Part shown: positions 43,471 to 52,923 of the stretch, one piece after another
Layout of the letters: the number at the start of each line of letters is the position of its first letter
How positions within the stretch are numbered: position 1 is the first letter of the stretch
Source: Escherichia phage vB_EcoM-Pr121LW
Direction: 5' to 3' (one strand)
DNA length: 64,000 nucleotides
Sequence record: MH752840.1
Made by a program: the position numbers and the translations under genes
The notes under the pieces: generated by a model
What the model saw: only the letters and a program-made list of their open reading frames with translations
The model's database searches: none
What the model was told of the DNA's origin: nothing

Positions 43471-44961
43471 GTGGCTAAGTATGGATTGACAGAGGCTGGT
43501 TTCGTTATACCAACCCTAAATGACCTAATCGTTGAAACTAAGCAAAGCCTGATCCGTGCTTTTGGCGAAAACTTCAACGTACAGAGTAACTCCGTTGCAG
43601 ATAAGCTGACCACTATCTTCAACGAGCGAGAGTATCAACTTATTCTTATGGCAGCATCTGTATACGCATCACAGACGCTGTATGGGGCAGAAGGTATTTA
43701 CCTAGACGAACTTCTTGGAAGACGGGGTATTTACCGAAGAGGCCGTTCTAAATCATCAGGTACCTGCCAGTTGACGATCAACACAACTGTTCCGTACAAT
43801 ATGATTTACGATTCCAAAACTTATACGTTGGATAGTGGCAACTTTGTTCTTAGCAATGATGTGCAAGTAGCAGGGAATCTTATTGCTCACAGAATAAATG
43901 CTCCAGACCTAAGGATTGGTAAATACAACTTTCAAATTACCAACCAGACAGATGGAAGTATCAAAACAAAAAGTCTGGTTTTAACAGATAAGGCTCTGGA
44001 CTCTTCTGATCTGCCAAGCTTTTACGGAGAGATTAAGCAATTCATTGTCGATAATACAACTCTGTTGAACGACGATTTGATTCAGATCGATATGTTGACA
44101 GGAACGTTGTGGATAGGGTACAATTCGAATCTTGACCAAGTTGGACTTAATAGTAGGGTAGATTTCAGAGTATCCCCGATTGTAGGGGAAAGAACTATCA
44201 CCCTAGATGTTATCGCTAACGAGGCTGGTGAGCTGTCAAGAGAGGCAGAAACCGTGACAACAATGTCACCTACTCCCAGTGGATTTATCAAGCTTACCAA
44301 CCGAGAAAGATTCAATGAGGGAAGGGATGTTGAGAAAGACTCAGAGTACCGCTTAAGAGCTTCCAGCACAAAACAGTTAACATCTAAGGCTACCCGTCCT
44401 GCAATCCTTAGCGCTGTAAGCGAGGTGAAAGGTGTTGAGAAAGTGAGAGTGTTCTCTAACAATACCGATAAAACTGATGCTAAAGGTATACCTCCTTACA
44501 AGTTCCAAGTGGTTGTGTTTGGTGGTGCAACAGAGGACATTTGCCAAGCACTTTACCAAACTATAGCCTGTACGAACAGGACTTATGGTAATATTTTCTA
44601 CGATGTAACTACATCTGACGGTCAAACTGAAAGAATTTATTATTCCAAGGCAAATACCTACCGCCTGGATGTAAGAATTACCTACTCCGGTGCTGCGCTT
44701 TCCACAACCGAAAAAGATGCCATTGTAGAGGCTCTTTTGCAGGTTGTTAACGGACTGGATGTTGCAGATACGTTGTACAATATCCAATTGGTCGGTGCTG
44801 CATCTGCTGCTGTGTCGATAGGTAGATTTAATAGACTGGTAATTCAAGTTAAACCTGTGGGTGCTTCTGATGAAGCTTACACTGCAAACGATATTGTTGC
44901 AAACATGACCGAGGTGTTTGACCTCGATGAAAGTAATATAACTTTCCAACAAACTATTTAG
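43471..44961 (+). CDS. baseplate J-like protein
   Basis: 496 aa, GTG start behind GGAGGA; N-terminal region resembles P2 gpJ / Mu gp47 family. Confidence 0.5.
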   Translation: MAKYGLTEAGFVIPTLNDLIVETKQSLIRAFGENFNVQSNSVADKLTTIFNEREYQLILMAASVYASQTLYGAEGIYLDELLGRRGIYRRGRSKSSGTCQLTINTTVPYNMIYDSKTYTLDSGNFVLSNDVQVAGNLIAHRINAPDLRIGKYNFQITNQTDGSIKTKSLVLTDKALDSSDLPSFYGEIKQFIVDNTTLLNDDLIQIDMLTGTLWIGYNSNLDQVGLNSRVDFRVSPIVGERTITLDVIANEAGELSREAETVTTMSPTPSGFIKLTNRERFNEGRDVEKDSEYRLRASSTKQLTSKATRPAILSAVSEVKGVEKVRVFSNNTDKTDAKGIPPYKFQVVVFGGATEDICQALYQTIACTNRTYGNIFYDVTTSDGQTERIYYSKANTYRLDVRITYSGAALSTTEKDAIVEALLQVVNGLDVADTLYNIQLVGAASAAVSIGRFNRLVIQVKPVGASDEAYTANDIVANMTEVFDLDESNITFQQTI

Positions 44962-44972
44962 GGCGGTGAGAT

Positions 44973-45659
44973 ATGGCAGAGATTAAGTCGGATGTTAACC
45001 ACATCCACACTCTGCCAGATTTTGTTCAGGGGGGTCTTGACTACCTGCCTGGAGATTTTCTGGCTGAGAAGGTTAATTTAGTCACATTCTTAACCGTGTA
45101 CCTTAAAAGGTTGGAGGATGTTGATAAGATGCTGGTAGGTTTGGCTGAAGGAAGATTGCTTAACAATGCCAGCGGAAGATACCTTGACGAAGTTGGTAAT
45201 CAACTCGGTATTCTTAGGAATGGACTTTCAGATGCTGATTTTCGTGCCACACTAATTATTCAGCAGGCCGCAGCATCAAGGGGCGGGACTCGCGAAGATG
45301 TCATCTCCACCTTGCGACAATTGTTCGGAAGAGACAATTTCGATACGTGGAAAGGAGACAACTTCAGGTTTGACATAAATATTAGAAAAACTTGCTTTGA
45401 CATATTGCAGTCTATTGATCAGATCTTAGACATGCTACCACTGCCTTGTCATTTGCGTCTTACAGAATCGCAAGGGCAAGCTTTTGGTTTTGAAGGTGAC
45501 TCTACAGCTCTTGGCTTCGGATCAGTGTGGGAAGAAAACCAATTCGGAGTTGGTGGGCTGGCTACTTTGCTGTATGTTCCTGACGTAAGACCTGATTGGG
45601 ACACCACAACCATTTATTGTGAAAGCATTACAGTAAACGCAACTAGACAGGAGGGTTAA
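44973..45659 (+). CDS. baseplate protein (gpI-like position)
   Basis: 228-aa ORF immediately after the baseplate J-like gene. Confidence 0.4.
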   Translation: MAEIKSDVNHIHTLPDFVQGGLDYLPGDFLAEKVNLVTFLTVYLKRLEDVDKMLVGLAEGRLLNNASGRYLDEVGNQLGILRNGLSDADFRATLIIQQAAASRGGTREDVISTLRQLFGRDNFDTWKGDNFRFDINIRKTCFDILQSIDQILDMLPLPCHLRLTESQGQAFGFEGDSTALGFGSVWEENQFGVGGLATLLYVPDVRPDWDTTTIYCESITVNATRQEG

Positions 45660-47731
45660 TGGCAACAGCTGTTTTTAAACCTTACCGTGATTACTCTACA
45701 ATGGCTGCACGGTTTCATTACCGCACAGTTCAGGATACTGCCGTTCCTGGTAGGGATTATGATCATGTTGAGGGCGATATAACTATCCCAGTTGGGGCAA
45801 CCAGTATTGAGATTCCAGTGGAAATTGTTGACAAATTACCCAACAGGTTACCAAGAAGCTTCTTTATGGAGTTTTCATCAAAATCTCAAGGGGTGATGAT
45901 TGGAACACAAAGGGCGAAATGCACAATAGTTTCAGATGAGAATCTTGACAGGATATCTTGGGATACTGTCGAGGAGAGAATGTTTCACCCAAGATATTGG
46001 GTTACAACTACTCAGCAGACTGAAAGTACCTGTATTGTTGCAGATGACAACTGTTGTATTAACCGTTTAGTGTCAAGAACATATGGAGGTATGGCTGGGT
46101 GCATTTGGGAAACAGTTGACAAGTATGACCATTTCGGTATTGGGTTTGATGATCACTATGAGATGAGAAACACCAAGCTTTGGTTCAGAATGTCAATAAC
46201 CAATGCCAGCAACTTCTCCACTCCTGAAAAGATGATTATGACTGTAGACCTTGTTGATGGTACAATCATCTATGTTCCTTTAGCTCAATATGCTGTCAGC
46301 ATCTCAGAGGATAAGAATGTTGCAGAGATTCATATTGATTTCGAGGACTGCGTCGGGATGGATCAGAACAACAACATGATGGGTGTTGATCCTCGACAGG
46401 TGAGAAGAATTTTAATACCGCTTATGCCTAAAGACTGGGTAAGTAATAGCACAGACCCGAGAACGGAAAATGTAGAGTGTGAGTTGCGCCTAGATCTGCT
46501 TCAGCCAGACACGGGCTGGAAAATGATGCAACTTAACAATATTCAGGTTAAAGAGCACGACGTTGGGATCTGCACCGCATATGACGATATGTGGAACGTA
46601 TCTCCTTTAAGGGTGTTGAACAATATCAAGCGTCTGGGCTATACCGGAACCATAAACCATTATGTTGGTATGAGTCATTATTATGACTACACATGGTCAG
46701 GAACCCAATGGTCTATAAACAGAACAGGGGCGCTAAACGCTGCAGCTTATAAATGGCATGATGATTTTATGTACAATGCCAAACGACATAACTTCGACGT
46801 TATGCAGTCTGTAAGTTTTGAGCTTTACAGCGATGCCTGCCCGTTGGAATGGACCCAAAGAGACTGGAATGATAACTACGCTAAAACAGGATATACACCT
46901 TGTAGCTACCTCCTGTCTCCAACCATTGAAGAGGGTATGAATTTCCTTACTGCAGTATTTAAGAATTTTGCATCAGCCGCTATGAGAAACAACCTGCCAG
47001 TGATTATGCAGGTTGGTGAACCGTGGTGGTGGTACAATACCGATACTCGTAGACCTTGTATTTATGATTACCCTACAAAACAGGCGTTTTATGATGAGAC
47101 AGGCGAGTATGCCTTAGATATTGGGACTATTGACGATCCTAAAACTGGAGGTGTTTACGACAAGTATGTAGCATTTTGTCGTGGTAAGCTTGGCGCTCGT
47201 ATTGCGGCTATTTCAAAGGCAATAAAGGCGCATGCTGCATCAGCTAAGATGACAGCTCTGCTGTTTTTCCCAACCATTATGGAAACCGAACTTACGCAAA
47301 AGCTTAACCTTGCTGACCAATATAAAAAAGAAGCAGGTGCTCTTGATTTCTTCTGCACTGAGTGCTACGATTGGGTGATGCAGGGAGGTATTGAAAAGGC
47401 AAAAGAGTCTGTAAACATACCTATCGTTAAGTTAGGTTGGCAACCGTCTGAAATACAATACCTTGCAGGGTTCGTTCCTAGTAAAGAGCTTGCTCCGGTA
47501 TATGGATACGACCCAACTAGGAATTACCAAGAATTTTTATGGAGATGTATTTGCGGAAACATGGCAACTATAGAGTATAGATACCCTGAGGTAAAACAGT
47601 ATGTGTGGGCATACCCGCAAGTAATGTCTGACAGCATCACTGTTACCGCTAGAGATTCTACCGTGCTTCATATGGGGCAGGTTGCTCTGAAAGGGTATGT
47701 AGAAGATGTTGTCCCGCCAGACTTCTCATAA
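45659..47731 (+). CDS. virion protein with N-terminal Calx-beta-like domain
   Basis: 690 aa; N-terminal motif TAVPGRDYDHVEGDITIPVGATSIEIPVEIVD ... FFMEF fits the Calx-beta pattern. Confidence 0.45.
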   Translation: MATAVFKPYRDYSTMAARFHYRTVQDTAVPGRDYDHVEGDITIPVGATSIEIPVEIVDKLPNRLPRSFFMEFSSKSQGVMIGTQRAKCTIVSDENLDRISWDTVEERMFHPRYWVTTTQQTESTCIVADDNCCINRLVSRTYGGMAGCIWETVDKYDHFGIGFDDHYEMRNTKLWFRMSITNASNFSTPEKMIMTVDLVDGTIIYVPLAQYAVSISEDKNVAEIHIDFEDCVGMDQNNNMMGVDPRQVRRILIPLMPKDWVSNSTDPRTENVECELRLDLLQPDTGWKMMQLNNIQVKEHDVGICTAYDDMWNVSPLRVLNNIKRLGYTGTINHYVGMSHYYDYTWSGTQWSINRTGALNAAAYKWHDDFMYNAKRHNFDVMQSVSFELYSDACPLEWTQRDWNDNYAKTGYTPCSYLLSPTIEEGMNFLTAVFKNFASAAMRNNLPVIMQVGEPWWWYNTDTRRPCIYDYPTKQAFYDETGEYALDIGTIDDPKTGGVYDKYVAFCRGKLGARIAAISKAIKAHAASAKMTALLFFPTIMETELTQKLNLADQYKKEAGALDFFCTECYDWVMQGGIEKAKESVNIPIVKLGWQPSEIQYLAGFVPSKELAPVYGYDPTRNYQEFLWRCICGNMATIEYRYPEVKQYVWAYPQVMSDSITVTARDSTVLHMGQVALKGYVEDVVPPDFS

Positions 47732-47743
47732 TCAGGAGATAAA

Positions 47744-48784
47744 ATGTCAAAACCTAGTTTTCCATTAGAGATTTGGGCAGAGGAGGATCAGGTTCTGCCT
47801 AACACCCACAGACAGAACAGGCTACGCCCGATTGATGATTTGTGGAGAAAAGGTTGGGATCTTGGTCAAAAGCCCTCATGTGAAGAACTTAACTATATTT
47901 TCAATATGCTCGGAACTTGGGCAAAATATATTGCTGACGAGCAGATCCCCGCTCAAGAAGGCCGTTATCTGGTACGCGATAATAACTTGAGTGATCTTTT
48001 GAACATTCCTGTTGCCCGTAGAAACCTTGGGATTATTACTAAGGAAGAGGCAGACGCCAGGTATGTAAAAGTTACAGGTGATACAATGACAGGCCCACTG
48101 GGTTTGCAACGTATCAACTTTAAAGCTGCCGAGACAGATAAGGCTTGGATAGAGACAACTATTGGCCCAGATAAGACAACTCTCGACTTTGGGTTAAGTG
48201 ATAATACCGGGTCGTTTGATGATGGTGGTACATCTACAGTAGATGCGTTTCGTTGGAGATTCCAGCCAACTCAACCGGATATCAATCCGGAGTTCACTTT
48301 GATGTACCTTAACGCGATCACGGCTAACCGTGCGCTGTTGAAAGTGATAGGCAATGTTGAAGTTGTCGATAACATGAGGTGCAATAACCTTACTATCAGC
48401 AATACAGCAACATTCACCAACTGTAATGTGGCTAGTCAGTTGACGGCTGGGTCAGTGTATGTTAATGGTGGTACAAGTTGTGACAGTATGGTTGTAAGAA
48501 GTCAGCACTGTGTTGTCGGTAACAGAAATGTGGTGCGCTCTGTGAATGGAGTGACGGCTAACGGTAACGGTGATGTAACAATCACTATCCCGCAGACAGG
48601 TGTGCAAGACATCAGAATCGGTGCAAGACTTGTTGACGGCGTTTCTGAATCTCCAATTCGCAACGGCTACGTTGTCACAGGCTGGCATTTCGGTGACAAA
48701 AAAGAGATGCGTGGTTCAACCTACTGGGCAGGACCTTTACAAAAACTTGTAAATGGTCAATGGATCACTGTTAATTATGCATAG
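47744..48784 (+). CDS. tail fibre protein, P2 gpH-like C-terminus
   Basis: 346 aa; C-terminal GPLQKLVNGQWITVNYA resembles the P2 gpH C-terminus; paralogue of the 49799 gene. Confidence 0.6.
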   Translation: MSKPSFPLEIWAEEDQVLPNTHRQNRLRPIDDLWRKGWDLGQKPSCEELNYIFNMLGTWAKYIADEQIPAQEGRYLVRDNNLSDLLNIPVARRNLGIITKEEADARYVKVTGDTMTGPLGLQRINFKAAETDKAWIETTIGPDKTTLDFGLSDNTGSFDDGGTSTVDAFRWRFQPTQPDINPEFTLMYLNAITANRALLKVIGNVEVVDNMRCNNLTISNTATFTNCNVASQLTAGSVYVNGGTSCDSMVVRSQHCVVGNRNVVRSVNGVTANGNGDVTITIPQTGVQDIRIGARLVDGVSESPIRNGYVVTGWHFGDKKEMRGSTYWAGPLQKLVNGQWITVNYA

Positions 48785-48798
48785 ATCGGAGGACTAGC

Positions 48799-49383
48799 AT
48801 GAAAATACTTCAAGAGTTTAAACTTTACCAACCGGGATCTGGCGAATACCACCCTAACAAGGGAACCAAGGAGCTGACCCCTCAAGAGGTTGAGGATTAC
48901 ACCGCATACACTGGGTATTTTTTACGTAATGATGATGGCGATTGGTATGTGCAGTCACGAACATTGCGACAAGAAAATCCGGGTTGTATCTTCCTACTTG
49001 TTGACGAGAAGGGAATTCTTAAGACATCTACAGAAGAACCTGATGCCCTATGGCCTGCTCCAGGTCTTCGTGTGGTTATCGCCAAAAAAGAAGAGGTACC
49101 AGAAAACATTATGCTTCACCACGACGCTTTGCGTTTAGTTGGTGATGAATTTGTCACAGACAATGAATTCTTTGTTCAACAGGCAGAGGGTGTCATAGAG
49201 ACAGAACTTGCTTGGGCTACTGCTAGAATTGGTGCCTATCAAGACATGATTGACCTTGAATATGATCTTACTGATGACCAGAAACGTAACATCAGAGATT
49301 TGAAAATGTACAGGGTAAAACTTCTTGAAATAGATACATCTAAAGCCCCTGACATTTTCTTCCCGGAGCGACCTACCCTCTAA
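48799..49383 (+). CDS. tail fibre assembly chaperone (Tfa-like)
   Basis: 194 aa immediately downstream of the gpH-like fibre; C-terminal region ends APDIFFPERP, typical of Tfa proteins. Confidence 0.55.
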   Translation: MKILQEFKLYQPGSGEYHPNKGTKELTPQEVEDYTAYTGYFLRNDDGDWYVQSRTLRQENPGCIFLLVDEKGILKTSTEEPDALWPAPGLRVVIAKKEEVPENIMLHHDALRLVGDEFVTDNEFFVQQAEGVIETELAWATARIGAYQDMIDLEYDLTDDQKRNIRDLKMYRVKLLEIDTSKAPDIFFPERPTL

Positions 49384-49394
49384 GAGGAGGTGTT

Positions 49395-49709
49395 GTGGAG
49401 TTGGATTTGGCGGCATTGTACGGTATCTGCATGGGTACCGTTGTCCCGATCTGTGTATGGGCTTTCAACCAGTGGCACACCAAATGGAAAGGCATTTCCA
49501 AGAGGTTGGATGAACTGGAGAAAGACCTCATCTTAGTGAAAAACAGTATGGTTACAAAAGATAAACTTGATTCCGTTATCGAGACCCGGTTAAGCAAGCT
49601 AGAGGCCGATATTAACGACCTTAAGCAGGATGTCAGGACAGATGTCTCCGGTATCCGAGCTGATGTACAAAAGATTTTGCACATGCTCGTAGAGCATAGT
49701 AAAAGGTAA
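49395..49709 (+). CDS. small membrane protein with coiled coil
   Basis: 104 aa, GTG start behind GAGGAGG; N-terminal hydrophobic segment LAALYGICMGTVVPICVWAF. Confidence 0.4.
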   Translation: MELDLAALYGICMGTVVPICVWAFNQWHTKWKGISKRLDELEKDLILVKNSMVTKDKLDSVIETRLSKLEADINDLKQDVRTDVSGIRADVQKILHMLVEHSKR

Positions 49710-49739
49710 ACAAAGGTCAGGACGGAAAGGACTCCGTTC

Positions 49740-49768
49740 TTGCATTTTGTTCACTAAAGTGTTAAAAT
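49740..49768 (+). promoter_or_regulatory. sigma70-like promoter (TTGCAT-N17-TAAAAT)
   Basis: Promoter-like hexamers upstream of the second gpH-like fibre gene. Confidence 0.4.
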
Positions 49769-49798
49769 AGTCCTAAGGAATTTTCTCAGGAGAACGTG

Positions 49799-50842
49799 AT
49801 GACTAAACCAGTTATCCCTCTTGATATTTGGGCCAATCAGGATGTTGTGCTTGAAAATACGGGAGAATTGAATAAGTCCCAACCAAAAAAAGAAGAGAGA
49901 CTGAAAGGTTGGGATATGACACAAAGAGTGGCATGTGAAGTTGTTAACTTTGAACTTCACATGCTTTCTGCGTGGTTAAAGCATTTAACAGAAGATGTTG
50001 TCCCAGGATGGGATAATAGATTCTTAAGGGTCACTAATAATCTGGCAGACGTTCCAGACAAAGCTGCTGCACGTCAAGTTCTCAATGTATACTCGCCTGA
50101 AGAAATGGATGACCTTTATGTTGACAAGGCTGGAGACACAATGATCCAGACTCAAACTTTAGGTCTTCAAAGAATCGAGTTTGCATCCGCGTCAACAGAC
50201 AATGCGGCGATATACACCACCATAACTTCAGACAAGACGATGATGGATTTCTGGATTATGGACAACATCGGTGGTGCTGACGGCACAGACCTTGATGATC
50301 CCTCTCACCAAATAGACGGTTTCCGTTGGAGATTTCAACCTTCTGGTGGGCAGCCTGTGTTTTCAGCTATGAAGCTCAATGCTATAACTGCCAACCGTGC
50401 AAGACTGGCTATCCAAGGAAATCTTGAATGCAACGACGCAAAAAGTTCCTCTACAAATGCCAATGCAGCTACTATACCAAGAGCCACTGTTAATGGACAA
50501 CAATCCTGTGGAAGCGCTCAAATAGGTGGAAGAGTTGATTGCAACGATGAAACCGTCAGGGGCCAATATGCAACAGTTGGTGGAAGAAACGTGGTCCGCA
50601 GGGTAAATGGTAACAGCGCAGACGGTAGTGGTAACCTTACTATCCCTATGCCCAGCAGAGGGGTTGATGATGTGAGGATAGCAAACCGTTTCAAAACCAC
50701 CTACAGAGAGTCAAGAGTCTACCCTGGACATGTGATGTGCTCGGGTAACTACGCTTATAAACACCCTTATCAAGGTGATTACTGGACAGGTGCTATCCAA
50801 AAACTTGTAAATGGTCAATGGATCACTATATCTTATGCTTAA
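49799..50842 (+). CDS. tail fibre protein, second P2 gpH-like paralogue
   Basis: N-terminus PLDIWANQD and C-terminus GAIQKLVNGQWITISYA parallel the 47744 gene; start at ATG 49799 behind AGGAGA. Confidence 0.6.
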   Translation: MTKPVIPLDIWANQDVVLENTGELNKSQPKKEERLKGWDMTQRVACEVVNFELHMLSAWLKHLTEDVVPGWDNRFLRVTNNLADVPDKAAARQVLNVYSPEEMDDLYVDKAGDTMIQTQTLGLQRIEFASASTDNAAIYTTITSDKTMMDFWIMDNIGGADGTDLDDPSHQIDGFRWRFQPSGGQPVFSAMKLNAITANRARLAIQGNLECNDAKSSSTNANAATIPRATVNGQQSCGSAQIGGRVDCNDETVRGQYATVGGRNVVRRVNGNSADGSGNLTIPMPSRGVDDVRIANRFKTTYRESRVYPGHVMCSGNYAYKHPYQGDYWTGAIQKLVNGQWITISYA

Positions 50843-50853
50843 AAAGAGGGTAA

Positions 50854-51120
50854 ATGAAACTAACTCAGTTTTTATGGGGACTGGTTGCGGCATCTGATGA
50901 CCCTACGAAAGTGTCCCAATCTAAGCTATGGTCAAACATAGGTATGGCGGTGATGACTGGGGTGTTTATTCATATGGGGTATAATGATACGCTTCCTGAA
51001 TGGTATGCGTGGATATATGCGCCTTCGGTAGCTTGCCCCCAGCTTATTAGCAAATTCATCTCGCTCCGGTGGGGTTGCCAGCACCCTGACCACGTTAAAA
51101 ACGAAGAGCAAAAAGCTTAA
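50854..51120 (+). CDS. small membrane protein
   Basis: 88-aa ORF with two hydrophobic segments; behind an AGAGGG RBS. Confidence 0.4.
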   Translation: MKLTQFLWGLVAASDDPTKVSQSKLWSNIGMAVMTGVFIHMGYNDTLPEWYAWIYAPSVACPQLISKFISLRWGCQHPDHVKNEEQKA

Positions 51121-51129
51121 GGAGAGATC

Positions 51130-52875
51130 ATGGCGCAAGACATGACAAGCTTTGAGCAGGCGGTAGATCAAGTAATTGTTGATTCTGAACGTTTGCACCT
51201 GATTGTCAACGGTAACGCTGTGGATGAGGTTGTCGTAGAGGATGGGACCACCATCCCTACGGTACGAAAAGCCATGCTTGACACCCTTTATTTTAAAACG
51301 CCGCCGATCCCTTGGGCGTATGGTGCATCCACAACAGTTTTTAACCAGCTATATGAGTTTAAAGGGGACACAGGGCCCCAGTGGTGGTACGCTCCCGCAG
51401 CATCAAAATCTAACCCGGTTAGAATGCCAGCAGATCCTTCACAATCCCCAAACTGGAGATTATATACTGACTCTGCAGTAATGGCAAAATACTACGCAAA
51501 ACTTAACAGCCCAAGGTTCGAAGGTGACCCGCGAGCACCTACACCCCCAATGGACGATAAGTCAGAGTCTATAGCAAACACAGAGTTTGTTGTTGACTAT
51601 GTTGATAGCATATTTAAAGCCATGGAGGGGATGAAAGTTACTGTAGGATCTTTGGTGGTAAAAGGTCTTACAGAACTCGCTAACACCATAGTTGGTGGCA
51701 CCCTTACCTTACATGGACCTGTTAATGGGGCAGATTCTACTGCACGCTTTAGGAATCTAATCCTCACGGCAAATACTTCTACACTTACTTTTGCGTGGAG
51801 CGATCCTAAGCATGCAGACTGGAGAAGTACAGAGCTGCAACCTCATGAAGTGTCCACCCACAGGGTTATAGCTGACACTATAACTTCTGGGAAACCAGTG
51901 GCTAATAATAACGATGTACATTTTGATGGTCTGGGTAATAACTTTTTTGACTACGTGTACATTCGTGGTAATGCCATGAAGGCAGCAACCGAACCGACAT
52001 TGCAGGTCGATGGGACCACCAGGGTTAAGAACCTTGAGGTGACAGGTACCGTTACAGGGATAACCTACTCTGTTGATGGCACCATGATCTACCCTAGCTA
52101 TATCGAAAGCACGGGTGATGCATTGATAAATGGCGATTTGGAGGTTGGCGGGTCTGTAGTTATTCGAGGTACAGCCTCTATCCAAAATATAGCTCTGAAT
52201 ACTCTAAGGGTCAATGAGCGTGCAACTTTTGAAGGAGAAGGGCTTACAGCCAATAAAGGTACAATTACCGAGCTGACCTCCACCACTTTGACTGCAACAA
52301 CTGCAAACTCTGAAAACTGCAACATTACCAGAAACTTGCAGGTAAATGGAGATGTTAGTTTAAACGCCGCAGGGACTGGCACCACCTACCTTCACAATCT
52401 TGAAATATCCGGCACAGTGACCGGGTGGCTGCCAGACTTCTCTAATGTCAACTTTGTCTGTAATGGTATTAACTCCAGTGGTAAGATAACCACCTCTCAA
52501 GAAATTGAGGCTGGTAAAACCATCACTGCCCCTACTTTCCACGCAGGGAAGGTAGATTTCGATTTAGAGGAGGTTGACGCGTCCAGTGGGACATGGACAC
52601 CTAACGGGCAGGCCAGTATGTATGTTGTCCACGCTAAAGGGGATTTTACAATAGGGCAGTGGCCTGGGACATCAGCGGAAGATAAACCTTATCCATTTAC
52701 TGCGGTTATCTATGTAATTCAGGATGCTGTAGGTCACAACGTGACTTTGCACGATAAGTATGCTATCCTGTCGGCAACACCTGTTATTAACAACAAGGCT
52801 AACAGTGTTACCTTGCTGCAATTAACGTATTGTGGTGTTGGTGATATCGTAGATGTAGTAATTGCACAACGTTAA
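51130..52875 (+). CDS. tail fibre or tail collar protein
   Basis: 581 aa; APTPPMDDKSESIANTEFVVDYV resembles the conserved N-terminal collar motif of phage fibres. Confidence 0.5.
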   Translation: MAQDMTSFEQAVDQVIVDSERLHLIVNGNAVDEVVVEDGTTIPTVRKAMLDTLYFKTPPIPWAYGASTTVFNQLYEFKGDTGPQWWYAPAASKSNPVRMPADPSQSPNWRLYTDSAVMAKYYAKLNSPRFEGDPRAPTPPMDDKSESIANTEFVVDYVDSIFKAMEGMKVTVGSLVVKGLTELANTIVGGTLTLHGPVNGADSTARFRNLILTANTSTLTFAWSDPKHADWRSTELQPHEVSTHRVIADTITSGKPVANNNDVHFDGLGNNFFDYVYIRGNAMKAATEPTLQVDGTTRVKNLEVTGTVTGITYSVDGTMIYPSYIESTGDALINGDLEVGGSVVIRGTASIQNIALNTLRVNERATFEGEGLTANKGTITELTSTTLTATTANSENCNITRNLQVNGDVSLNAAGTGTTYLHNLEISGTVTGWLPDFSNVNFVCNGINSSGKITTSQEIEAGKTITAPTFHAGKVDFDLEEVDASSGTWTPNGQASMYVVHAKGDFTIGQWPGTSAEDKPYPFTAVIYVIQDAVGHNVTLHDKYAILSATPVINNKANSVTLLQLTYCGVGDIVDVVIAQR

Positions 52876-52880
52876 TATAT

Positions 52881-52906
52881 CTAACCGCTCCTGACGGGGC
52901 GGTTTT
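52881..52906 (+). terminator. rho-independent terminator
   Basis: Hairpin AACCGC-TCCTGACGG-GGCGGTT followed by a T-run. Confidence 0.6.
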
Positions 52907-52923
52907 CTTATCTGGAGAACACA

